32,572 nucleotides of DNA. Source: an uncultured Gammaproteobacteria bacterium. GTDB lineage: Bacteria; Patescibacteriota; Microgenomatia; UBA12405; BS750m-G30. This document shows, piece by piece, positions 1-8,634 of this stretch. Position 1 is the first letter of the stretch; every line of letters begins with the position of its first letter. Under the pieces are notes generated by a model. That model searched no databases. It was given only the letters and a program-made list of their open reading frames with translations, and was not told the DNA's origin. A program made the position numbers and the translations under genes. The stretch spans positions 1 through 32,572 of the forward strand of contig CAZAEB010000003.1 in the NCBI GenBank assembly GCA_964484095.1, given 5' to 3'.

Positions 1-74
1 AACTCGAACCGAAACCAACAATACAATTGTACCCCATCATCTCAATTTACACTCCACACCAATCCAGCCTCTCA

Positions 75-83
75 TGCTAAAAT
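75..83 (+). promoter_or_regulatory. extended -10 promoter (TGcTAAAAT), probably leaderless, for the helicase-nuclease gene
   Basis: TG at 75-76 and TAAAAT at 78-83, 7 nt before ATG 91; no Shine-Dalgarno sequence in between. Confidence 0.55.
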
Positions 84-90
84 TACATAA

Positions 91-3030
91 ATGACTGAAA
101 TAAAACTCAACTCCCAGCAGAAAAAAGCAATAGAACACCATGGCTCTCCCCTTTTAATCATTGCCGGGGCAGGAACAGGAAAAACAACCGTTATCACCGA
201 AAGAGTTAAGTGGCTAATTTCTAAAAAAGGATTACTGCCCTCCCAAATACTAGCCCTTACTTTTACTGAAAAAGCAGCCGCGGAAATGGAGGAGCGAATT
301 GATGTTTCTTTGCCCATGGGCTATAGCCAGTTGTGGATTTCTACCTTTCATTCTTTTTGCGACCGGATACTTAGAAATGAAGCAGTTCATATCGGCCTTG
401 ACTCAAATTTCAAACTAATGACTGAGGCAGAATCAATTCTATTTTTAAAAAACCAACTTTTTAAATTAGAACTTAATTACTTTCGCCCGGCCAGCAACCC
501 CACTAAATTTTTAAAAGAACTTGTTAGCCACTTTTCCAGACTGCAAGACGAAGACATTTTTCCAGATCAGTATTTAAAATTTGCCGACAAGCAATCAAAA
601 CAAGCAGACACCGAGGAAGAAAAACTGGAAGCAGAAAAAACTCAAGAACTTGCTAGAGGCTACCTATCCTATCAGGAACTTAAAGATAAAAGTGGAGTTA
701 TGGACTTTGCTGATCTTATCGGAAACACTCTTAAATTATTCCGCTCTCGACCTAACGTATTAAAAAACATCCAGGGCCAGTTTAAGCATATCTTGGTTGA
801 CGAGTACCAGGACACCAATATTGCCCAAAACGAGCTGGTAAGGCTACTGGAAGGAGGCAGAGGGGCAATTACTGTTGTTGGTGACGATAACCAATCAATA
901 TACAAATGGAGAGGAGCGGCCGTTTCAAACATTATTGGTTTTATGGAAACCTACAAAAACGCCAAAACGATTGTTCTTACTACAAACTACCGTTCTACCC
1001 AGACTATTCTTGATCAAACCTATAAACTGATTAAAAATAACGATCCCGATACTCTGGAAGCAAAACTAAAGATTCCCAAAAAACTTATAAGCTCGAGAGG
1101 TACTGTCGGTGATCCTGTTGTTTTTTTCTTCACCCAAAACGTTGACGATGAGGCTGACGCAGTAGCTAAGAAAATCGAAAAACTTAGTAAAAGTAAATAT
1201 CAATATAAAGACTTTGCAATTTTGGTACGAGCCAACAACCACTCCGAGCCATTTTTAAGATCTTTGTCCAGGCTAGGCATTCCCTTCCAGTTTTTAGGCC
1301 CGGGCCAACTTTTTAAGCAGCCGGAAATAAAAGACCTGATTTCATATCTTACTGTTATTAATGATCCCCAAAACGATCCGGCGGTTTTCAGAGTTTTTTC
1401 CATGGATATATTTTCAGTTCTTGCTCGAGATTTAGCTTTCATTAAAAGCTTTGCCAAAAAGCAAAACCTGTCGCTTTTTGAAGCTTTAGAAAAAGTCGCT
1501 AGGGGTAAAAAAAGCAAAAAAAGACCCATTCCAAGAATAAGTAAAAAAACAAAAGAAAAAGTAAAAAACCTGGTTTCAATGATCCACCACCATTTGAGTT
1601 TGGTTAACAAAGAAACCGGCGGTCAGATTCTTTACTATTTCTTGCAAGACTCACAAATTTTAAAAAATTACTTGGATCCTAAAACCGAAAAAGATCAAAA
1701 AACAGTTCTAAACATTGCTAAGTTTTTTGACAAAGTAAAATCCTTTGAAGGCCAAAGTGATAAAAATAGCGTTGCTGATCTTCTTGACTGGGTTACCCTA
1801 AGAATGGAAATGGGAGAAAGCCCTTTGGCCTCGGAAACCGACTGGTCAGAAAATGATGCTGTTAATATTCTTACCGTTCATTCCGCAAAGGGGTTAGAAT
1901 TTCCAATTGTTTTTCTTGTCAACCTTGTCAACCAAAGATTTCCCACAAATCGCAGAAGCGAAGTTATTCCCGTTCCCCAACCATTAATTAAAGAGATGCT
2001 GCCCCAGGGAGATCCTCATGAACAAGAAGAAAGAAGGCTTTTTTACGTCGGAGCAACTAGAGCAAAAGACAAACTCTTTTTAACGGCAGCAAAATTCTAC
2101 GGAGAAGGCAAAATGCAAAAAAAGGTTTCCCCTTTTGTTGCTGAAATTTTAGGAGACAAAGAACTTGAAAAAATTATTGCTGTGGGAGAAATAAAAAACA
2201 AAAAATCACAGCTCTCTTTAATTGACTGGGAGAAAAACGAACAAAAAGATTCCCCAGTCAGGCCAAATCAGCCGATTAGCTATCTTTCATATTCTCGATT
2301 TGATTCTTTTCATATTTGCCCCAGACAATACAAGTTCAAATATGTCCTAAACATTCCTACCCCACCTTCGTCCTCTCAAACATTTGGTGACACTGTCCAT
2401 AAAACTTTAAAAAACTTTTACCAGTTTCAATTGGTCGAAAAAGAAAAGCTACCCCTAAAAACTCTTTTATCATTTCTGTCCAAAAACTGGTCCAGTATAG
2501 GGTTTTCCAATAAAGAAGATGAAAAAATAAATAAACAAAGAGCGGTTAACATTCTTTCCAGATTTTATAAAGATGAGTTTAACTATTCAAAGATCGGCCA
2601 GATTGTTGCTCTGGAACAGCCCTTTTCTTTTAAAATCAGCCCCACATTAAAAATTGGCGGAGTTATTGACCGAATTGATAATATTGATAAAAACAAAATC
2701 GAAATTATCGACTATAAAACTGCTGAAAAAACCCCAACTCAAAAAGACGTCGACGGCAACGAACAGCTAACTACTTACGCCCTGGCAACAACAAGAATAA
2801 AAGAACTGTCATTTAATCGACCTGTTGAAAATATTGTCCTTTCTCTCTATTATCTGGATTCTGGAGTAAGGATCTCCAGCACCAGAACCGAGGCCCAACT
2901 AGAAAAAACCAGGCAAAGAATTATCGAAACCGCGAAAGAATTAGAAACAACCAATTTTCCCCCAAAACCAAACCGGCCCTTCCCTTGTGATTATTGTGAG
3001 CTAAAACTACTCTGTGACGCCTGGAAATAA
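91..3030 (+). CDS. UvrD/PcrA-family (SF1A) DNA helicase fused to a C-terminal PD-(D/E)XK (RecB/AddB-like) nuclease with a putative Fe-S cluster
   Basis: Helicase motifs AGAGTGKT, TFTEKAA, VDEYQD, VGDDNQSIY, NYRS, TVHSAKGLEF, EERRLFYVGATRA. C-terminal LSYSRF..ICPRQY, GVIDRID..IIDYKT and CDYCELKLLC. Confidence 0.92.
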   Translation: MTEIKLNSQQKKAIEHHGSPLLIIAGAGTGKTTVITERVKWLISKKGLLPSQILALTFTEKAAAEMEERIDVSLPMGYSQLWISTFHSFCDRILRNEAVHIGLDSNFKLMTEAESILFLKNQLFKLELNYFRPASNPTKFLKELVSHFSRLQDEDIFPDQYLKFADKQSKQADTEEEKLEAEKTQELARGYLSYQELKDKSGVMDFADLIGNTLKLFRSRPNVLKNIQGQFKHILVDEYQDTNIAQNELVRLLEGGRGAITVVGDDNQSIYKWRGAAVSNIIGFMETYKNAKTIVLTTNYRSTQTILDQTYKLIKNNDPDTLEAKLKIPKKLISSRGTVGDPVVFFFTQNVDDEADAVAKKIEKLSKSKYQYKDFAILVRANNHSEPFLRSLSRLGIPFQFLGPGQLFKQPEIKDLISYLTVINDPQNDPAVFRVFSMDIFSVLARDLAFIKSFAKKQNLSLFEALEKVARGKKSKKRPIPRISKKTKEKVKNLVSMIHHHLSLVNKETGGQILYYFLQDSQILKNYLDPKTEKDQKTVLNIAKFFDKVKSFEGQSDKNSVADLLDWVTLRMEMGESPLASETDWSENDAVNILTVHSAKGLEFPIVFLVNLVNQRFPTNRRSEVIPVPQPLIKEMLPQGDPHEQEERRLFYVGATRAKDKLFLTAAKFYGEGKMQKKVSPFVAEILGDKELEKIIAVGEIKNKKSQLSLIDWEKNEQKDSPVRPNQPISYLSYSRFDSFHICPRQYKFKYVLNIPTPPSSSQTFGDTVHKTLKNFYQFQLVEKEKLPLKTLLSFLSKNWSSIGFSNKEDEKINKQRAVNILSRFYKDEFNYSKIGQIVALEQPFSFKISPTLKIGGVIDRIDNIDKNKIEIIDYKTAEKTPTQKDVDGNEQLTTYALATTRIKELSFNRPVENIVLSLYYLDSGVRISSTRTEAQLEKTRQRIIETAKELETTNFPPKPNRPFPCDYCELKLLCDAWK

Positions 3031-3046
3031 AACTAACAAAAACAAG

Positions 3047-4105
3047 TTAAATCCCAATCTTTCTTCTCAATCTCAAAAGGCTCCATCTTGATTTGTCGGC
3101 AAAGTTATAGAGCTTATATAAAGGCTTGTTAATTACCAGATCCCAACTTCCCGCATATTCGATAAGATCGCCGCCATAACCTAGTTTAAACTTGTGAAAC
3201 CCAAACCAGGGATGAGAAGGATCAGCGTCAACAGGAAGACCTCCCCACATATCAAACTTTTTTAGACCCATTTTTTGGCCAAACTTTATCGCCTCCCAGC
3301 AGACTAAGTTAGAAGCCATTACATTTCTCATTTTTGACGAAGAGGCCCCGTAAGGGTAATAGAGCCAGTCTTTGTAGGTAAAAAGCATCCAAGCGCTTAA
3401 AACCTCTTCTTTATGTTTAGCAAAAAGAAGATGGACGATTCCTTTTGGTTGGAGAATCGACCACATTTTGCGAAAGTATTCTTCATCGTGCATATAAAAA
3501 CCCTGCCTTTTTACCGTCTCGGAAAATAATAGAGACAAAAACATTGCCAGACCCCGGTTAGAATTATCAACCTCAACAACTACTCCCTTTTTAGCCGCCA
3601 GGCGAATGTTGTAGCGAGTTTTTGGATGCATGTTTGCTAGTAAATCTTCCTCACTTTTTTCTAAATCAAGATGAAAAGTGTGCTGGTCAAAAAGCTGTTT
3701 TACCGCTGGACTCAAGCCAAGGCCCTGATAATCTGCCAGTTTTTCTTCCCTTTTGCTCTGGTCAATCCCTCCCTTTTTGTTTTCCCAGCGATATTTTATT
3801 TCATTTGGTTCAAGCTTGATAAAAATAGCATTATTCTCTCGGGCTAAATCCTTTAGAGATTCGACCATTTCTTTTGTTGGCGCTGGCCCTTTTGGAAAAT
3901 AACCAACAGTATATGAAGTTTTCGGAATAGAATGAAAAAAAACCTGCCAGCCTCCAACCAACCGACTGCCCTCAAACATTCCCACCCTTTCGGTCTTTTT
4001 GCCCAAGCTCTCTCTAAACTTGCCCCACTGCCACGACTGAAGAGGATGATTGACAATCAAAGAGTAATTATTTTCGTCCTTTTCGTTTAACTTTCTTATT
4101 ATCAT
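3047..4105 (-). CDS. FemABX-family peptidoglycan interpeptide bridge aminoacyltransferase (lipid II:amino acid ligase)
   Basis: HPLQSWQWG, KTRYNIRLA.KKGV, YPYGAS, FDMWG and GFHKFKLGYGG motifs typical of FemX/FemAB. Confidence 0.88.
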   Translation of the reverse strand: MIIRKLNEKDENNYSLIVNHPLQSWQWGKFRESLGKKTERVGMFEGSRLVGGWQVFFHSIPKTSYTVGYFPKGPAPTKEMVESLKDLARENNAIFIKLEPNEIKYRWENKKGGIDQSKREEKLADYQGLGLSPAVKQLFDQHTFHLDLEKSEEDLLANMHPKTRYNIRLAAKKGVVVEVDNSNRGLAMFLSLLFSETVKRQGFYMHDEEYFRKMWSILQPKGIVHLLFAKHKEEVLSAWMLFTYKDWLYYPYGASSSKMRNVMASNLVCWEAIKFGQKMGLKKFDMWGGLPVDADPSHPWFGFHKFKLGYGGDLIEYAGSWDLVINKPLYKLYNFADKSRWSLLRLRRKIGI

Positions 4106-4113
4106 CTTATTTT

Positions 4114-4122
4114 ATTCTACCA
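4114..4122 (-). promoter_or_regulatory. extended -10 (TGgTAGAAT) for the FemABX gene, overlapping the pcrA stop codon
   Basis: Minus strand reads TG-g-TAGAAT, 8 nt before ATG 4105. Confidence 0.4.
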
Positions 4123-5985
4123 CTCGTCGTCGCAATCATCATCGTCGTCTTTAAACTCATTCTTTTTCCATCCCTCAATTGATAGGAGGTTTTTGGGTAG
4201 ATCTGATAAAAAACGAGAAGGGTCATTATATTGGGTTTTACCAAAATACAACCTTTGAGCAGTCAGAGTCAAAAAAAGTTTTGTTTTGGCTCGGGTCATT
4301 CCTACATAGCAAAGCCGCCTTTCCTCCTCTAGTTTCTCTGTTTCATTGAGATTTTGAGAATGAGGAAGTAGTCCCTCCTCCATTCCTACTAAAAAGACCG
4401 TTTCAAATTCCAATCCCTTGCTAGCATGAAGGGTCATTAATTTCACCGCCCTGTCTTTCCAGTCATCTTTTTCTTTTTCCTGAGCATAATACTCCTGTTG
4501 AACCAGGGTGACATTTTCTAGAAAATCGCCAATGTCAGGAAACTTTTCCGCTACTGAGGCCAACTCTTTAACATTTTCCAGTCTTTTGGCATCAGTCTCA
4601 TCTTGAGAATCAAACTTTTCTAAATAGCCACTTTTAACAGTAATTGCTTCCATTAATCTTTTAGAAGGGAGATTTTTATTTTTTGCGTCCGCAAGAAACT
4701 CTCTCACTTTAGCCATTCTTCTCTTACCCATGTTTTTTTCAATTCTCTGCCAGGACACCCAGTCTTCCGGATTATAAAAAACTCTAAGCAAACACAAAAC
4801 ATCTTTTACCTCGGCTCTGTCATAAAACCGGGTCCCACCGATAAGAATATAAGGAATGGAGCGGCGGATAAATACCTCCTCAAATGTTCTCGACTGAGCA
4901 TTGGTTCGATAAAGCACAGCAATCTTTGTCGGATCGACACCACTATAATCAACCAAAGACTTAATCTTGTCGGCAACATATTCAGCCTCATCAGTCTCAT
5001 CGCCCGAACGATATACAACAACTTTGCCTCCTTTACTACCAAAAGATACAAGCTTTAAAATCGGATGGCACTCGTTTTTGGAAATAATATTATTGGCAGC
5101 GTCTAAAATAGTCTGGGTGGACCGATAGTTAACCTCCAGATTTATTTTTTTCATATTAGGATAATCCTGCTCCAAGCTTATTAAATTGCGATAATCAGCT
5201 CCCCGCCAGCTATAAATGGCCTGAGCAGCATCGCCAACAGCAGTCAAATTTTTATGTTTGCCAGCCAAAAGCTTGGTTAACAAATACTGTGATCGATTAG
5301 TATCCTGATACTCGTCTACTAAAATATGCTGATATTTATCCTGATATTTTTCCAAAACTGTCTTATTTTTAAAAAGCTCAACTGTTTTAAAAAGTAAATC
5401 ATTAAAATCTAAGGCCTGCATTTTTGCTAGTCTTTTTTCGTATTGAAGATATACTCTTGCAAGAGTTTCTGCCCAACTATTTCCCGCGCTATCAGTAAAC
5501 GTTTTTACTCCAATCATATTATTTTTAGCATCTTCAATAACCGATTTAATCATCGGCATTTTGAATCTTGAATCATCCAAATCCAGGTCCTTGATAATGT
5601 CTCTAACCAAAACCTGCTGATCACTGTCATCATAAATAACAAATGTCGGTTCTATTCCTATCGCCCTTCCATCACGTCGAAGAACACTACAACAAAACGA
5701 ATGAAAAGTACCAGCAAACAAAGAGTTTTTATTAACCTTTCCAGGAAACACCCCCTTTAATAGAGAAAAAAGCCTCTTTTTCATCTCTCCTGCCGCTTTG
5801 TTGGTAAAAGTAAGCAGTAATAACTCTTCCGGTTTTGCCTCCCCGGTAGCTACCAGCCAAGCGGCTCTACTGGTTAAAACCCTAGTTTTACCACTTCCTG
5901 CCCCGGCCAGCACCAGCAAAGGACTGCCGCTGTGCATTACCGCCTTTTTTTGAGCAGGGTTTAATCCCTTTAGAAGCTTATCCAT
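4117..5985 (-). CDS. pcrA: ATP-dependent DNA helicase PcrA/UvrD, short form with an acidic C-terminal tail
   Basis: LNPAQKKAV, AGAGSGKT, VDEYQD, VGDAAQAIYSWRGA, LYRTNAQSR, TLHASKGLEF, EERRLCYVGMTRA. Start re-called at ATG 5985 (MDKLL) because the ORF-track start 6069 overlaps the upstream gene. Confidence 0.9.
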   Translation of the reverse strand: MDKLLKGLNPAQKKAVMHSGSPLLVLAGAGSGKTRVLTSRAAWLVATGEAKPEELLLLTFTNKAAGEMKKRLFSLLKGVFPGKVNKNSLFAGTFHSFCCSVLRRDGRAIGIEPTFVIYDDSDQQVLVRDIIKDLDLDDSRFKMPMIKSVIEDAKNNMIGVKTFTDSAGNSWAETLARVYLQYEKRLAKMQALDFNDLLFKTVELFKNKTVLEKYQDKYQHILVDEYQDTNRSQYLLTKLLAGKHKNLTAVGDAAQAIYSWRGADYRNLISLEQDYPNMKKINLEVNYRSTQTILDAANNIISKNECHPILKLVSFGSKGGKVVVYRSGDETDEAEYVADKIKSLVDYSGVDPTKIAVLYRTNAQSRTFEEVFIRRSIPYILIGGTRFYDRAEVKDVLCLLRVFYNPEDWVSWQRIEKNMGKRRMAKVREFLADAKNKNLPSKRLMEAITVKSGYLEKFDSQDETDAKRLENVKELASVAEKFPDIGDFLENVTLVQQEYYAQEKEKDDWKDRAVKLMTLHASKGLEFETVFLVGMEEGLLPHSQNLNETEKLEEERRLCYVGMTRAKTKLFLTLTAQRLYFGKTQYNDPSRFLSDLPKNLLSIEGWKKNEFKDDDDDCDDEW

Positions 5986-5995
5986 TTTTTTGCAC

Positions 5996-8110
5996 CTACT
6001 TGAGCTTATAAATCCTTGTGTCTCCCGATGAAAACACCCTTTCTCCCCAGTCTTCAAATCGATCCTCATCTAAATTGGAATATTTCTCCCTTTCCATCTG
6101 ACCAATAAAAACATAGGAAACGTTGTATTTATTTAACAAAGCCTTAGCTGTGATTTTATCTTCTCCTTGATATATGTTGTCCACCTCGGCGGCTCGGGCT
6201 CCAGGCTGATCATATCCTCCCCGCCACAACCATTCATGAACCAGCCAACCTTCAATTGTCGGCAAGCCTGTCATTGCTGAAACTCGATTATAAAGAGTAT
6301 AACTGTCTCCAACTGCTTCAAGTAAAACCGGCTGGTCAGAAATATTTTTATTTAACCATAAAACCGCCTGATAGTCGTCTGGGTACTGCTTTTTTAAAAA
6401 ATCCAACCCTGAAGAAAGTCCTTTATAATTCTTCAAAGAAAACTGACCATAGTAACCCTTAATTGCATAAAAGGGATAGGTTAGTTGAGCAAAAAACCCA
6501 ATCGCAACCAAACCTAAAAAGACAAAATACGCCGGCTTAATTTTTTTCTTAAGTTCTTGACCTACCCGCCAGAGGACATATCCGCTAGAAAGGGCATAAA
6601 TAACAAAAGACTGATAAACCAATTTAAATATCGTGTTAGCACGGTGATACTCGGGGATATAAATGTCTTTGACATAAACAACCTCAGGAATAAATATCAG
6701 CACTGTTGCCCAAATAGTTCCTACTAAAACAAAATAGTCAGAAAGCAGTAATGGCTTTTTTCTTTTTACTTTTCTAACTATAAACAACCAAAAAGTGATG
6801 GCAATAAACCAGAAAAATCCCCACAAAACCAAAAGCTGCCACCATAAAGAACGAGCCATGACAAAACCGATTCCATCAGTCATTGGATTAAAACCAAGAG
6901 CAAACGGCAAAGAAACTATAATTGCCGAAGCTAGGACGGTTAGTCCCAAGAACAACTCTTTTCTGCCAATTTCCAATACAGATTTTATATTTATTTTCTT
7001 TGTCTGGCTTATAAGTATCATCAGCAGCACCCCAGCAAAGAAAATCCCATAAATAGGTAGATCCCAAGAGTTGGTCATATAGTGAACTCCCAACAAAAAA
7101 CCCAAAAGTGCCAAAAGGCCAACAATTTTAATAGATAACTGTTCGTTTTTTGCCCTTAAAAGTTCCCTTCCTAAAATAAGTAGTACTGCTAAAAACAATA
7201 AAACGGCGGGAATATTGTTCATGTGACCATGAAGATCGGCTACCACAAAAGAGTATGAAGGAAACTCGTGAATGGTTTTGTCGCTGGGATTGTTGGGATT
7301 ATAACCGATAAACCGGGTTGCATCCGGATACCAATATAGTCCTTTTTTAACCAAGCCAAATATAAAAGAATGTAAATTGCCTCCCAAAGAAACTAAAAAC
7401 GCCGAAGCAAAACCTGCCAACAAGGCAAGGCGGAAAAAGTTTTTAGAGGCTTTTGTTAATAGTTTTTTCGGCTGGGCAAAGATAACCATGTTTGAAACTA
7501 AGGAAAAACTACCTGTAAAAACTAATCCAAAAATAGTGGCAATCATTAGGTTATATGTAGTTGCCGAATCCAAACCGGAAAGTTTTGTTAAAACGGCCGC
7601 TTGAAGATGGCCAAAATAATAGTAGTTTATCGACTCTCCAGCAAACCACATGTCGGCGGGTGGGAAAAATTTTGATCTCAATATCGAATTTACAAACCCC
7701 TGGTCCATAAACTTTTCTAAACCCTCAATTCTAGGCTCAAAGCCTCTCACAAAAGACCAAAAAGTCAAACAAACAAAAAAGATCAGTTCCTGGGCTAAGA
7801 TAAGCTTCCAATTTCTTTTCAAGGTTTCCAGAAGATCTTTCTTTCTTTTTTTAGAATTATAAATCCACAAACCTACCCCGGCAAATAAAATAATTACTAT
7901 AAAAATTGATTCACGGTAAAAGGGAAAAATATGGGCTCTACCTAAAACAAAGACAAGATAAGAAACAGATATGATCGAAAGAATTTTTACGAATATCCAA
8001 CCCTTTGCCCAAAACTTATTAAAAAGACTTAAAGAAATCGGGAAAAAAATAGCCGTCAAACCAAACAAAATCAGCCACCAGTAGGTTATTGTAAAAAAAT
8101 CGGTAAACAT
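5996..8110 (-). CDS. DUF2298 / Chlor_Arch_YYY polytopic membrane protein (probable GT-C-like glycosyltransferase)
   Basis: Many TM segments; EKFMD, PPADMWFAGESINYYYFGH (YYYxG motif), TIHEFPSYSF..ADLHGH, NSWD, RANTIFK; C-terminal extracytoplasmic domain. Confidence 0.85.
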   Translation of the reverse strand: MFTDFFTITYWWLILFGLTAIFFPISLSLFNKFWAKGWIFVKILSIISVSYLVFVLGRAHIFPFYRESIFIVIILFAGVGLWIYNSKKRKKDLLETLKRNWKLILAQELIFFVCLTFWSFVRGFEPRIEGLEKFMDQGFVNSILRSKFFPPADMWFAGESINYYYFGHLQAAVLTKLSGLDSATTYNLMIATIFGLVFTGSFSLVSNMVIFAQPKKLLTKASKNFFRLALLAGFASAFLVSLGGNLHSFIFGLVKKGLYWYPDATRFIGYNPNNPSDKTIHEFPSYSFVVADLHGHMNNIPAVLLFLAVLLILGRELLRAKNEQLSIKIVGLLALLGFLLGVHYMTNSWDLPIYGIFFAGVLLMILISQTKKINIKSVLEIGRKELFLGLTVLASAIIVSLPFALGFNPMTDGIGFVMARSLWWQLLVLWGFFWFIAITFWLFIVRKVKRKKPLLLSDYFVLVGTIWATVLIFIPEVVYVKDIYIPEYHRANTIFKLVYQSFVIYALSSGYVLWRVGQELKKKIKPAYFVFLGLVAIGFFAQLTYPFYAIKGYYGQFSLKNYKGLSSGLDFLKKQYPDDYQAVLWLNKNISDQPVLLEAVGDSYTLYNRVSAMTGLPTIEGWLVHEWLWRGGYDQPGARAAEVDNIYQGEDKITAKALLNKYNVSYVFIGQMEREKYSNLDEDRFEDWGERVFSSGDTRIYKLK

Positions 8111-8116
8111 TTTTAG

Positions 8117-8145
8117 ATTCTAGATCAACCGTTTTTAAAATCCAA
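8117..8145 (-). promoter_or_regulatory. sigma70-like promoter TTGGAT-17-TAGAAT for the DUF2298 gene (leaderless spacing)
   Basis: -35 at 8145-8140, -10 at 8122-8117, 6 nt before ATG 8110. Confidence 0.45.
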
Positions 8146-8634
8146 GCCCTTTTTTTTAATAATCTTTAAAATGAAAAAAATTGCTAGTCCGCCGATAATA
8201 TACCCGCCCAAAATATCAATTGGATAGTGAAGCTTAAAAACAACTCTACTAATACTTACTAAAAGTACACCTGGCAGCAAAATCCAAAACAGTCTTTTGT
8301 CTTCTCTCCAAAAAAAACAAAGCAAAATAATCGATCTAAACGCATGGCCGGACGGAAAACTTCCTTGAGAATAACTACCAATCCACTCTGGAGGAATAGT
8401 CACATCATTGATGAAAGGCCTATTCCAAGGAGAAAAAGCCTTTAATACCGTATTGGCAATCTCAAAAACCACCAGTAAAATCCAAAAAATAGAAAAGATT
8501 TTAAACCTTTTCTTTATCAACCAAAAGCCGCTAAGACCAATTATCAACAACCACAAAAACCAGTGAGAAAAGAAAAACATTAACAAGCTTTTAGAGGGAA
8601 AGGTCGGTTGCCAAAATAAAAGAGATTTAATCAT
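8125..8634 (-). CDS. PAP2-family membrane phosphatase (polyprenyl-phosphate/phosphoribose phosphatase candidate)
   Basis: Three PAP2 motifs: K-x6-RP (KAFSPWNRP), SFPSGH and SR-x5-HYP-x-D. Confidence 0.88.
   Translation of the reverse strand: MIKSLLFWQPTFPSKSLLMFFFSHWFLWLLIIGLSGFWLIKKRFKIFSIFWILLVVFEIANTVLKAFSPWNRPFINDVTIPPEWIGSYSQGSFPSGHAFRSIILLCFFWREDKRLFWILLPGVLLVSISRVVFKLHYPIDILGGYIIGGLAIFFILKIIKKKGLDFKNG

Noticed and set aside
1-40. Minus-strand GGTTCGAGT resembling a tRNA T-loop, and a TACAATTGTA palindrome
   Set aside because: No D arm or anticodon arm upstream on that strand; more likely promoter or leader DNA of a gene outside the window
581-1610. Short nested or antisense ORFs in the helicase gene (and similar ones inside other long CDSs)
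   Set aside because: Entirely within well-supported genes and without independent signals
91-3030. Helicase-nuclease as a Cas4/CRISPR or anti-phage defence gene
   Set aside because: No array, cas genes or defence partners; housekeeping context favours DNA repair
5986-6069. 28-aa N-terminal extension of PcrA in the ORF track
   Set aside because: Overlaps the DUF2298 3' end; the helicase Q-motif begins right after ATG 5985
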